Below are positions 12,842 through 21,636 of a DNA stretch of 64,000 nucleotides, piece by piece. Source of the DNA: Gammaproteobacteria bacterium (GTDB lineage Bacteria > Pseudomonadota > Gammaproteobacteria > Eutrophobiales > Eutrophobiaceae); contig CBDCDS010000001.1 of the NCBI GenBank assembly GCA_965215365.1, forward strand, positions 1 to 64,000, written 5' to 3'. The translations under genes and the position numbers were made by a program. Below the pieces are notes generated by a model. The model ran no database searches. It worked only from the letters and a program-made list of their open reading frames with translations, and had not been told where the DNA came from. Positions within the stretch are counted from its first letter, which is position 1. Each line of letters starts with the position of its first letter.

Positions 12842-13398
12842 ATGAGCTAGCTACGGTATTTTACAGTCTGACAGGGCTAGGGTTGCTCCTATGGATAATC
12901 ATGATTGAGTATCCTGCCCTCCAGCTGGAACAAGCTCGTGAGAAACTCTACGGCCTGAGGCGCCAATTATTCTGCATCGGTCAAAAGCGCCAGCTGTTTG
13001 ACAAACGCGCCTATACCATAAACCGCTTTGTCATCAATGGAATGATTCGCTACTTGGATAAGCTCAGTTTTGTACGGTTTGTTGTAGCTGTATACCTGGA
13101 AGATGAGATCAATGAGCAAAAAACTGTACGGGCATATAAACAGCAGCTTGAAAAGGCATACAAAGACTTGCCCCATGATGTCATCTCAGAGGTCGATAGT
13201 ATTCGTAACGACGCAAATGCAAGCATCATTTCCTATCTGGTGAAAACCTCGCCCGTGGCACTGGCGCTGTCTTCTGTCCTAGTGCTATTCGTGCTGTTCA
13301 TGGCCAGCAAGTTGCTCAATTTTTTGAGAAACGCCGTCCCTGCGTTTGAAGCCGAGGCAAAGAGAATGGGTGAGGTAATACCAATAACTGGAACATAA
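12838..13398 (+). CDS. Hypothetical membrane protein (186 aa)
   Basis: GGAG RBS, hydrophobic helices at both ends, lower GC than backbone. Confidence 0.7.
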   Translation: MNELATVFYSLTGLGLLLWIIMIEYPALQLEQAREKLYGLRRQLFCIGQKRQLFDKRAYTINRFVINGMIRYLDKLSFVRFVVAVYLEDEINEQKTVRAYKQQLEKAYKDLPHDVISEVDSIRNDANASIISYLVKTSPVALALSSVLVLFVLFMASKLLNFLRNAVPAFEAEAKRMGEVIPITGT

Positions 13399-13633
13399 GG
13401 TCACCTCTCACAAACACGAGGTGGCCGTGCAGTACAGGGATGTGCTGCCATTTTTAATTGGGTGCCCCCACACATGTACCACGGCAAACTGCTTTTCGCA
13501 CAGGCAATGGAGCATCTTCCCCACCATACCCTCTTGTGCTGCACGGTCGCCTCTAATTTTTGCTATGTAAATTTCGAAAATTTACATGCGGTCGGGGTGC
13601 GCAGCACCCTGATCATGAGGGTTTAGAGGTGAC
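13399..13633. mobile_element. Composite repeat: family C MITE ends enclosing an IS4-like transposase N-terminal fragment (13474-13532)
   Basis: GGTCACCTCT...TTTAGAGGTGACC ends; internal ATG reads MYHGKLLFAQAMEHLPHHT, like the DUF4372 start of IS4 transposases. Confidence 0.55.
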
Positions 13634-13634
13634 C

Positions 13635-14624
13635 TTAACAGTAGTTATTCCCCCTGAACCAGTCCACCGCGTCCGCTATGGCCAGGCGCGCCGGGCGTGG
13701 GTTGTAGCCCAGTTCCTGTTGTGCCCGGGCGGAAGAGAAGTACATGAATTTCTTTGACATTTTTACGGTGTCCACGGTTGCAAAGGGAGCGTTTTTGCGC
13801 ACCCGCGCGCACTGCTCGGCGAGCCAGGCGAACGGATAGACTGCATTGTGCGGCAGGCGCAGGCGCGGTGGCTTCAGGTCCGCGTACTCGCAGATCATAC
13901 CCAGAATGGCTTGTAACGACAGGTTCTCCCCGCCCAGGATATAGCGCGCGCCAATCTCACCCCGGTCAAATGCCAGCAGGTGGCCGGTGGCGATGTCGTC
14001 CACGTGGGCGATGTTCAATCCCGTGTCCACATACGCGGGGATTTTTCCGCGTAGTGCATCGACGATGATACGGCCGGTGGGAGTCGGTTTGATGTCGCGT
14101 GGACCGATGGGCGCCGCCGGGTTCACAATAACAACCGGCAATCCCTGCCGCACCAGTTCCCGTACCGCCTGTTCGGCCAGGAATTTGGAACGTTTGTAGT
14201 GGCCGACCATGTCTGCCAGACTCACCGGCGTAGTCTCGGCGGCGGGGCTGCGATCCGGATTGATGCCCAAAGTGGCTACACTGCTGGTATAAACCATTCG
14301 GGTTACGCCGGCGGCGGAAGCAGCGCGCAACAGGTTGCGGGTGCCATCCACGTTGGTGCGGTACATGCGTTCCGGGTCGGGTACCCACAGGCGGTAATCC
14401 GCGGCGACATGGAACAGGTAAGTGCAGCCCTCGACCGCCCGTTGCAATGATGCCGCGTCAGTCAGGTCGCCTTCGACTTGGTCTATATCCAGTTGCTGCA
14501 GGTTGCGCCGGTCGCTGCCGGGCCTGACCAGCGCCCGCAACGGGTGCCCCCGCTGCAACAGTTGCCGCACCAGCGCCGAGCCAACGAAACCGTTGGCGCC
14601 GGTAATGAGCGCCAGCGCACTCAT
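13635..14624 (-). CDS. hpnA: Hopanoid-associated sugar epimerase (NAD-dependent)
   Basis: TGANGFVG, FHVAADYRLW, YKRSK, PIGPRDIKPTPTG, PAYVDTGLN. Confidence 0.9.
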   Translation of the reverse strand: MSALALITGANGFVGSALVRQLLQRGHPLRALVRPGSDRRNLQQLDIDQVEGDLTDAASLQRAVEGCTYLFHVAADYRLWVPDPERMYRTNVDGTRNLLRAASAAGVTRMVYTSSVATLGINPDRSPAAETTPVSLADMVGHYKRSKFLAEQAVRELVRQGLPVVIVNPAAPIGPRDIKPTPTGRIIVDALRGKIPAYVDTGLNIAHVDDIATGHLLAFDRGEIGARYILGGENLSLQAILGMICEYADLKPPRLRLPHNAVYPFAWLAEQCARVRKNAPFATVDTVKMSKKFMYFSSARAQQELGYNPRPARLAIADAVDWFRGNNYC

Positions 14625-15247
14625 GCGCGCCTGAGCCTTAAATATGTCATCAGCGTCCACACGGCAAACACCGGCGCGCCGATGGCGGCGATAATCAGAA
14701 ACGGTTGCAGCAGGCTGAAAAACGCCACCAGCGGCAACAGGTAGAAGATGTCTTCGATCTCAAACAGCCCGAGGCCGGGTTGTTCGACCCGAAACCTGCC
14801 GGTCAGTTGACCGATCAGCACACGCAGCTGGAACGTCACCGCCACTGCGACGCCGGCCACAAGGCCCAGTACCAGCGCGTTGTTTCCCAGCGCACCGTGC
14901 CGCAGGCCGATGCCGATACCGACAAATAACAGCACATTAACGGCGGCGTCACTGGCAAGATCGTAATAATGGCCCATGTTACTGGTGTTGCCGGTCATCC
15001 GCGCCAGCTCCCCATCGGTATGGTCAAGGAAGTTCGACAGTGCCAGGCACAGGGCACCGGCGTTGGTCAGGCCCGGCGTCCCGCCGGCAAGCAGCAGGCA
15101 AGCGCCAAGGCCGCTGCACAGTCGCACTGTAGTCAGGTGGTTGGGCGTAACAGGCGTATTGCGCAGCGGGTAAACCAGCCACGCCGCCAGTCTGGCGTCC
15201 AGGGGTTTATTACGCGCATCAAGGTTAAAGTTTTGGCGGGCTTGCAT
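14621..15247 (-). CDS. CDP-alcohol phosphatidyltransferase family protein
   Basis: VTPNHLT and DxxDGxxAR...GxxxDxxxD motif (LDHTDGELARMTGNTSNMGHYYDLASD). Confidence 0.88.
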   Translation of the reverse strand: MQARQNFNLDARNKPLDARLAAWLVYPLRNTPVTPNHLTTVRLCSGLGACLLLAGGTPGLTNAGALCLALSNFLDHTDGELARMTGNTSNMGHYYDLASDAAVNVLLFVGIGIGLRHGALGNNALVLGLVAGVAVAVTFQLRVLIGQLTGRFRVEQPGLGLFEIEDIFYLLPLVAFFSLLQPFLIIAAIGAPVFAVWTLMTYLRLRRA

Positions 15248-15285
15248 AATCGGAAAATTGTATCGTGTTTACCGCTGTGCGTCAC

Positions 15286-18045
15286 TCATTGCGCCCCCCG
15301 AGGCGCGGTAGTGAAGGTCAGCAACGCCGGCAGTACCAGCAGCATACAAACCAGGGTGATGCCTATACCCAGGGTCAGCAGCAGGCCCATGCTGGCGGTG
15401 CCGGCGTGGGGGGACAGGGCGAGGTTGCCGACGCCGCCCATGGTGGTGAGCGAACTGACGATGACTGCGCGCGCGGAGCTGGTAGCCAGGATATTTTTCC
15501 CGTCCGGCAGGTCGGTGCGGAAACGGTGGATGATATGAATGCCGCTATCTACCCCTATCCCCAGCAGCAACGGCAGCGCAATCACGTTGGCGAAGTTCAG
15601 TGGCAAGTCGATCAGCACGCTGACGGCGCCGGTGAGCAGGGCCGCGGTGAGCAACGGCAGCAACACCAGTAACACGTCTTTTTTATGGCTGAGCAGCAGG
15701 TACAGCATGAGCGTAATGGCGATGAATGCGTACCCGAATGCCTGCTTGAATGCCGTCGCCACCGCGGTGCTGGCCTCTAGGTTAATGACCGGCGCCCCGG
15801 TGACTGCGGGTGATACCGCCTGCACGGCACGCACAAACGCGGTTAGGGCCTGTTCGTCCTGCAAGTCCTGTTGCGGATAGAGCTCCAGGCGCCGCTTGCC
15901 GTCGGCACTGACCCAGAAACGTTTGAACTGCTCGGGCAGGGTGTCCAGGGAAATGTAGTCGGCATTCAGCGACGCGGTTAACGCGTGAAGACGGCCGGGA
16001 AGCGACGCTAGCAGCAGCTGTTCCAGCTGCGCCAGCTCATCCCCGTTGCCAGGTTCGGTCGGCGCCTCCTGGCCTAGATGCAACTCTGTGGACACCCCCC
16101 GCGGCGCCAATCGGCTATGACTCCCGTGCTTGCGGGAAGCGGCCTGCTGTTGCGCTTGCAGCAATGCCGCCAGATTGTCGCGCAGCCGGGCCCGCAGTGG
16201 CTCGTTGGCGCCGGTTGCCGCCAGTTTTTCCAGCAAGCTACGCAGCGCCGCCTGCCGCACTGCGTCGGTTTGCGTGTCCGGGTGCGGCGCGGTAACCGTC
16301 AGGTCGCCCAGCAACAGGTTCAGCTCGTCGATGAGGAACAGTTTGTCCTCCTGCTCTGCGGGAATGAAATCTGCCACTGTCACGACCTTCTCAACCAGCT
16401 CCGACCGGTTGAAGGCGGTGCGATACCGCTCCGCCTCGGCGGCATCGGCGGCGATCATAATGGCAGTCCAGGGCGTCAGCTCGCTATCCGCCAGCAGTTC
16501 CCGGTAGGTGGTCAGGGCGTCGCCGTCCTGGGCGTGCAGGTTGAGCGGGTCCGGGTCGAAGCGCAGGTTGCCCAGCGTCAACGCCGCGGCCAACGCCAGA
16601 AAAACCGTAACGCCCAGGATTTTCCCCGCATGTCGCTCAACCAGGCGGGCGCCGCCACCAATACCTGGTTGATTCGGGCCGGGCTGGTACGGCAGCAGCG
16701 ACAGCAGCGCCGGCAGCACCGTGAGCGTGACCAGAAAACTGATGAACATGCCCCCCCCGGAGATCCAGCCTAACTCCGCCACGCCCGAATAATCAGTGGG
16801 GATAAAGGCAAAGAAACCAATGGCGGTGCTGACCGCGCACAGGAACAGCGAGCCGCCGATATTGACTGAGGTTTGCTCCAGCGCGGCATTGCGCCCGGCG
16901 CCGTCCAGCAGACTTTCGCGGTAACGCAGGCAGTAGTGAATGGCAAAATCGACCCCCAGACCGATGTATAACACCGCGAAGGCTACGGAGATCAGATTCA
17001 ACTCGGCCACTGTGAGTATCGCGAACGCGGCGGTATAAAGCAGCCCGATGCTCAGGCTGAGTACGGTCGCCAGTGCCAGCTTGACCGAACCCAGGCCGGT
17101 CAACATGATGACGGCAACCAGGCCCAGGGCCAGTAGCACGGCGGTTTCCGTGCCTTGCATGACACTCTGCAGTTCCTCATGCGCGAGCATGGCTGCGCCG
17201 CTGAGGCGCAACTCGGCACCGGGGGATGCGGCAAGTTCCAGCTCTGTATAGACCTGGCGGATTTTCTCAATGGCCGGGGTGGCGGGGAACAAGTCGGCGT
17301 AATCCAGTTTGGGTTGCGTCAGGATAAACTCCCGATACGGGGGCGAGTCGATGCTTTCCGGGCTGATACTTTCCGGGCTGATCTTTTCCTGGTCGATACT
17401 TTTTTGGCTGGCGCCTTCCTCGTCTGCGGACATCAGTGCTTGCCAGGACAGGCGCTGCGGCTGGCCGTCCCGTAGCGACTCCAGTACGGCGTTGATGCGG
17501 CTCAGAATCGGTTCGATGGCTACCTGCTGCCCGTCAACGGCGGTATCGAAGGCCTCGCCCAGCAGCTCAAACAAGCCTGCCAGGGTGGGGTCGCGCGCCA
17601 GCCTTGCCAAGAACGGCTGCACCTCGGCCAGATGGTCGGACAGGTCTTGCAATGCTTCCCCATCTAGGTACAGCAGGCCGGATTCCCTGAACAGCGGCAG
17701 GGCGTTGGGGTAATATACGAACTCGAACAAGTCCTGCTCTGCCTGCAAGCGCTGGTACAGCAACCGGGCTGCGTCCGCAGCCTGATCCGGCGTCGCCGCC
17801 TCCAGCACAATGAGGATGTTGTTGTCGTATTGCGGGAACAGCCGTTCATATTCCTGGTCCAGCTGGCGCCAGACCAACTCCGCAGACAGCATGTCTTCCG
17901 TATCGGTATTCATGCTGATATTGTCCACGATGTAGCGCATGGCGAAGAAGGCCAGGGTAAACGTTACCAGCAACGCCAGTGGCGCGGCGCGGCGCACCAG
18001 ACGCACCCAGTTGCGCAGCAGTATTTCAGAGTATTGCCTCAGCAT
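15286..18045 (-). CDS. hpnN: Hopanoid transporter HpnN (MMPL/RND family)
   Basis: LNLISVAFAVLYIGLGVDFAIH, FANVIALPLLLGIGVD; two TM bundles; hopanoid context. Confidence 0.9.
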   Translation of the reverse strand: MLRQYSEILLRNWVRLVRRAAPLALLVTFTLAFFAMRYIVDNISMNTDTEDMLSAELVWRQLDQEYERLFPQYDNNILIVLEAATPDQAADAARLLYQRLQAEQDLFEFVYYPNALPLFRESGLLYLDGEALQDLSDHLAEVQPFLARLARDPTLAGLFELLGEAFDTAVDGQQVAIEPILSRINAVLESLRDGQPQRLSWQALMSADEEGASQKSIDQEKISPESISPESIDSPPYREFILTQPKLDYADLFPATPAIEKIRQVYTELELAASPGAELRLSGAAMLAHEELQSVMQGTETAVLLALGLVAVIMLTGLGSVKLALATVLSLSIGLLYTAAFAILTVAELNLISVAFAVLYIGLGVDFAIHYCLRYRESLLDGAGRNAALEQTSVNIGGSLFLCAVSTAIGFFAFIPTDYSGVAELGWISGGGMFISFLVTLTVLPALLSLLPYQPGPNQPGIGGGARLVERHAGKILGVTVFLALAAALTLGNLRFDPDPLNLHAQDGDALTTYRELLADSELTPWTAIMIAADAAEAERYRTAFNRSELVEKVVTVADFIPAEQEDKLFLIDELNLLLGDLTVTAPHPDTQTDAVRQAALRSLLEKLAATGANEPLRARLRDNLAALLQAQQQAASRKHGSHSRLAPRGVSTELHLGQEAPTEPGNGDELAQLEQLLLASLPGRLHALTASLNADYISLDTLPEQFKRFWVSADGKRRLELYPQQDLQDEQALTAFVRAVQAVSPAVTGAPVINLEASTAVATAFKQAFGYAFIAITLMLYLLLSHKKDVLLVLLPLLTAALLTGAVSVLIDLPLNFANVIALPLLLGIGVDSGIHIIHRFRTDLPDGKNILATSSARAVIVSSLTTMGGVGNLALSPHAGTASMGLLLTLGIGITLVCMLLVLPALLTFTTAPRGAQ

Positions 18046-18132
18046 GCCAGCGTGCCATGCTGCGCAAGCTGCGACTTGTCTTGGGTAGCTCTGAACATGG
18101 CGATATCAGGTCGAAAGCTTGCCAGCAGCTGG

Positions 18133-18879
18133 TTACGTGGCCGGCCTCGGGCTTGCGCCGGGGTCACGAACGGGGAGCGAAGTGGCTGCTGTGCTTTGCA
18201 ACCATGCCTGTGCTGCCAGTTGCATAGTCCTGCGTGCCTGGCGGGAGGCGCCGGCGAGGCGTAGCAGCGGCGGGATTTGTGCCGGCGACCTGAGCAAGTC
18301 GCCAATCAGTCCCGGCAGGTCGGTGTTGCCGAAGGCATCGACCCGGCGCCGGGCGGCGGCGGGTAAAGTTATATGGGCGGCATCGAGAATGACGCGCAGC
18401 ACGCCGGCTGCCAGACCGTGGCGCTGCGCTATATCCAGCACGGTTGCGCTTTCCATATCTACGGCAATAGCGCCGGCTTGTCTGAACAGTGCCTGTTTGG
18501 CCGTGGCACTGACTAGCGGTTCCGGCACGCCGGCCAGCAGGCCGTCATGGATACGTACATTATGCCGGGTCAGATGAGCAGTGGGCACAGCGGCACTGAC
18601 GGTATATTTTTTCCCTGCCGTACAGACCTGTCGCGGCACTATCAGATCGCCTGGCCGGAGTGCCGGCTGCAGCGCCCCGGCGGTGCCGAAACTGAGCAGG
18701 CCATCAACACCGGCTGCGATCAGCCGTTGCGCCGCCTGTTGCGTCCGCGACGCGCCCATGCCGGACAGGATCAGCAGGGTCTTGTCATTGAGTTCGACAG
18801 GTTGTTGCGCCAACAACGTTGCAGACGTGAAACAGCGCGCCTCGAAATGGAGCGCGCAGAGGATGCCGTGCTTGTTCAT
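18133..18879 (-). CDS. hpnG: Hopanoid-associated nucleoside phosphorylase HpnG-like
   Basis: PNP_UDP fold motifs SFGTAGAL and AVDMES; context. Confidence 0.75.
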   Translation of the reverse strand: MNKHGILCALHFEARCFTSATLLAQQPVELNDKTLLILSGMGASRTQQAAQRLIAAGVDGLLSFGTAGALQPALRPGDLIVPRQVCTAGKKYTVSAAVPTAHLTRHNVRIHDGLLAGVPEPLVSATAKQALFRQAGAIAVDMESATVLDIAQRHGLAAGVLRVILDAAHITLPAAARRRVDAFGNTDLPGLIGDLLRSPAQIPPLLRLAGASRQARRTMQLAAQAWLQSTAATSLPVRDPGASPRPAT

Positions 18880-18918
18880 TTGCGGGTAAAAAGAGTCGCC
18901 CGCAGGGCGACTCTGCAG

Positions 18919-19968
18919 CTACCGAACGCCCGCTTTTGCGGGAGTGGCAGGCGCCGGCAGCCCCGAGGCCAGCCTGTTGAACAGCCAGCGCAACAGGAAA
19001 TCGTGCCTGGTGAGCAAATTAGTGGAAATGACCGTAGCCTTGACGGCGCGGCGTGAGATTTTGACCTCGTTGCCGGAGGTAAACTCGCGGTGGTTGTTGA
19101 TGTTGCGCAAGGTCAGCACGGCCATACCCAGCGCCCACAGACAGAAGCGCCGGATGCCGGTTTCATGCCTCGGCAGCAGCAGCGTGTAGCGCAAGGCATT
19201 GCTCAGGTGCATCCGGGCGACGCCAATTAAGTGTCCCAGTGCCTGGCGGAATTGCTGGTCGTTGCGTAGCGGCGTGGTCGCGTTCAGGGACACGCCGTAA
19301 CGCGCCAGCACCGCTTGCGGCAGCCAGCACATGTTGCGTTGCTGGTCGTCCCAGATGTCCTTGAGGATATTCGTCATCTGCAAGCCCTGACCGAAGGACA
19401 CCGCCAGCTGCATCAGTTCTTCGTGGTTGCGGTCGATAGCACCGGAATAGTCGCAGAACAGTTCGGTCAGCATCTCGCCCACCACGCCCGCCACGTAATA
19501 ACAATAGCTGTCCATGTCCGCCTGATCTTGCAGACCTTGCGCGACGTTGGCTTCCTGGTATCTGGACATGCCGTCGGCCATGATTCTGACACAGCGTTGC
19601 AGCGCTGCCTGCTGGCGCGGGTTGAAGCTGTGGGTAATCCTGAGCACTGTCGGTGTATTGCATATCAGGTCGCGTTCGCTGTCGGTGGCGCTAGGTGACA
19701 GCCGGGGTTTGAGGTCTTGCGCGAACCGTTCTGACTCTTCCGACCCGTTCACGACTTTGATGAACTGCTCGGAGAACTGCCGCTTCTCCGCAAACGGCAG
19801 GTGTTTGTCGTCTTCAATGGTATCGGCGATACGACACAGCAGATAGGCATTGCCGACCACCTGTTCGAGCGAGCCCGGCAGCTGCGGGATGGTCAGGGCA
19901 AACGTGCGCGAGACGCCTTGCAGGATTTCATCCTGGTAGGCCAGATCTGCCGGTTGTGGTGAGCTCAT
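18919..19968 (-). CDS. Squalene synthase (farnesyl-diphosphate farnesyltransferase type)
   Basis: VSRTFALTI, LCRIADTIEDD, YCYYVAGVVG, GLQMTNILKD. Confidence 0.88.
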   Translation of the reverse strand: MSSPQPADLAYQDEILQGVSRTFALTIPQLPGSLEQVVGNAYLLCRIADTIEDDKHLPFAEKRQFSEQFIKVVNGSEESERFAQDLKPRLSPSATDSERDLICNTPTVLRITHSFNPRQQAALQRCVRIMADGMSRYQEANVAQGLQDQADMDSYCYYVAGVVGEMLTELFCDYSGAIDRNHEELMQLAVSFGQGLQMTNILKDIWDDQQRNMCWLPQAVLARYGVSLNATTPLRNDQQFRQALGHLIGVARMHLSNALRYTLLLPRHETGIRRFCLWALGMAVLTLRNINNHREFTSGNEVKISRRAVKATVISTNLLTRHDFLLRWLFNRLASGLPAPATPAKAGVR

Positions 19969-20010
19969 ACTCGCGTCAATATGCCAAGTATTGTGCAGAA
20001 AGGCAAGGGG

Positions 20011-21003
20011 TCAGTCCTCCAAACAACCGGCGCGTCGGCGCTTGAAATAGCGCCGGCTCTCCACCTGTTGCAGGGTCAGCAGGCCGGCCGGGTCGAACAC
20101 CAGATCGCGGATACGCAAGGCCAGTGACAGGGCCAGGGACAACTCAGGGTCGAACCCGACCAAAGCGCCGATGAGTATGAACGCGCCTTCCTGCACGCCG
20201 TAGGCATTGGGGATGATAAACGCAAAGTCGCTCAGGGCGGCGGTGAGGCTGCGCAGCAGCAGGGCTTCCGGCACAGTGATGGGTTGCCCCAGCAGCTGGC
20301 AGGCCAGCCACAACTCAAAGGTATGCAGGGCCAATGCAGCCAGCCGGTAGAGCGTGGCAAGCAGCAGCTTGCGCTTGCTGCCGTACAGCTCCCACACCAG
20401 CTGATCTGCCGCCGTGGCGGAGAATCTGACCCCTTCCCAGGCTTCGTGTTGCACCAGTTTACCGGCCAGTTGCGCCAGTGCCCCCAGCATACCCAAGCGC
20501 TGGATAATGACCAGACCGACCACCCCCGCCAGCAGCAACGCGATACCGCCCAAGGTGTACGCGACCAGCTCGTTATGACCGGGCCGGAACGTCAACAACA
20601 GCACGCCGGCCAGCGCCCAGCAGGCCAGCGCGATAGCCTGTACCACTTTGTCCACCATCACTGACGCGGCGGCCGGCGCGGCGGCGGTTCCCCATATCAC
20701 CAGCAACCGCGCCTTGACTACCTCGCCGCCGATGCTCGCCACCGGCAGCAGGTTATTCACTGCGCGCCCCATCCATAACGCCAGCAAGCCATGACCGAAG
20801 GTCGGCGCGTGCCCGGCCGGGAACAACTGCCGCCAACCCTGGGTTGCCGGCAACAATACCGGAAACCAGGCCAACGGCAGCAACAACAGGTACCAGCCTG
20901 ATTCCAGCAAGAGCTGCAACACGTCGGTGAAGCCCTGCCAGATGAGCAGGGCGATAAGCAACACCAGTCCCAGCACCAGGCCGGTTTGAGTAAGCAGGCG
21001 CAT
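20011..21003 (-). CDS. HpnL-like membrane protein (lysylphosphatidylglycerol synthase TM / flippase-like)
   Basis: NNLLPVASIGGEVVKA, FIIPNAYGVQEG, multiple TM helices; hopanoid context. Confidence 0.75.
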   Translation of the reverse strand: MRLLTQTGLVLGLVLLIALLIWQGFTDVLQLLLESGWYLLLLPLAWFPVLLPATQGWRQLFPAGHAPTFGHGLLALWMGRAVNNLLPVASIGGEVVKARLLVIWGTAAAPAAASVMVDKVVQAIALACWALAGVLLLTFRPGHNELVAYTLGGIALLLAGVVGLVIIQRLGMLGALAQLAGKLVQHEAWEGVRFSATAADQLVWELYGSKRKLLLATLYRLAALALHTFELWLACQLLGQPITVPEALLLRSLTAALSDFAFIIPNAYGVQEGAFILIGALVGFDPELSLALSLALRIRDLVFDPAGLLTLQQVESRRYFKRRRAGCLED

Positions 21004-21021
21004 CAGTAAGACCTGGGGGAG

Positions 21022-21222
21022 TCAAAAGGCCTTGGTTATACCGGCCTGTTTTAATACTTCGTTGGCGGTGTGGCGGGATAGAATTTTGCTGTCTATAGTA
21101 ATTTTGCGTTGGGTAAGCGGACTATGCCATATTTCATGGTCACCCCTGCCTTTACGGTAAAACTTACAGCCGTGATTCCTTAAAATACGCTTGACTTCCG
21201 GCGTAAAAGAGAGTGGCGCCAA
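21022..21222 (-). CDS. HicA-family mRNA interferase toxin
   Basis: GRGDHEIW...SRHTANEVLKQAG, small basic protein. Confidence 0.85.
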   Translation of the reverse strand: MAPLSFTPEVKRILRNHGCKFYRKGRGDHEIWHSPLTQRKITIDSKILSRHTANEVLKQAGITKAF

Positions 21223-21228
21223 AATCGC

Positions 21229-21489
21229 TTAACTGACCAGCCGTAAACGTTGTTGCTCACGGGTAACCAGATCAATGTCCGGTACACGAGCAGAACCTGC
21301 ATGGTTCAGTTCCAATAATTCAGGAAGAACTGTGCTGAGCCGTTTGATCAGGGTTTTCCTGCTTGGCGCTTCTATTGCGAGACCTTCGATATCTGTGCTT
21401 GATGCGCTCCACACACCAGCCTCATCATCCCATAATGCGTCTACGCGCAAGGTTTTTTTGCTATTGTCGGATAATCCGGTCATGCTCAC
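21229..21489 (-). CDS. DUF1902 / HicB-like antitoxin
   Basis: WDDEAGVWSASSTDIEGLAIEA...LPELLELN. Confidence 0.8.
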   Translation of the reverse strand: MSMTGLSDNSKKTLRVDALWDDEAGVWSASSTDIEGLAIEAPSRKTLIKRLSTVLPELLELNHAGSARVPDIDLVTREQQRLRLVS

Positions 21490-21636
21490 GGGTTGCTATT
21501 CGGGTAAATCAAAAGCGCACTGAGTATATGCCTGATACTTGTTTAATGCAAATAAAACCACAACCCGTTCTGGTCGGTCGTCTGTCATAGTACAATAGGC
21601 GGGCGCTGATGTGTAACAGGTACGGGCGTTGGTTAC

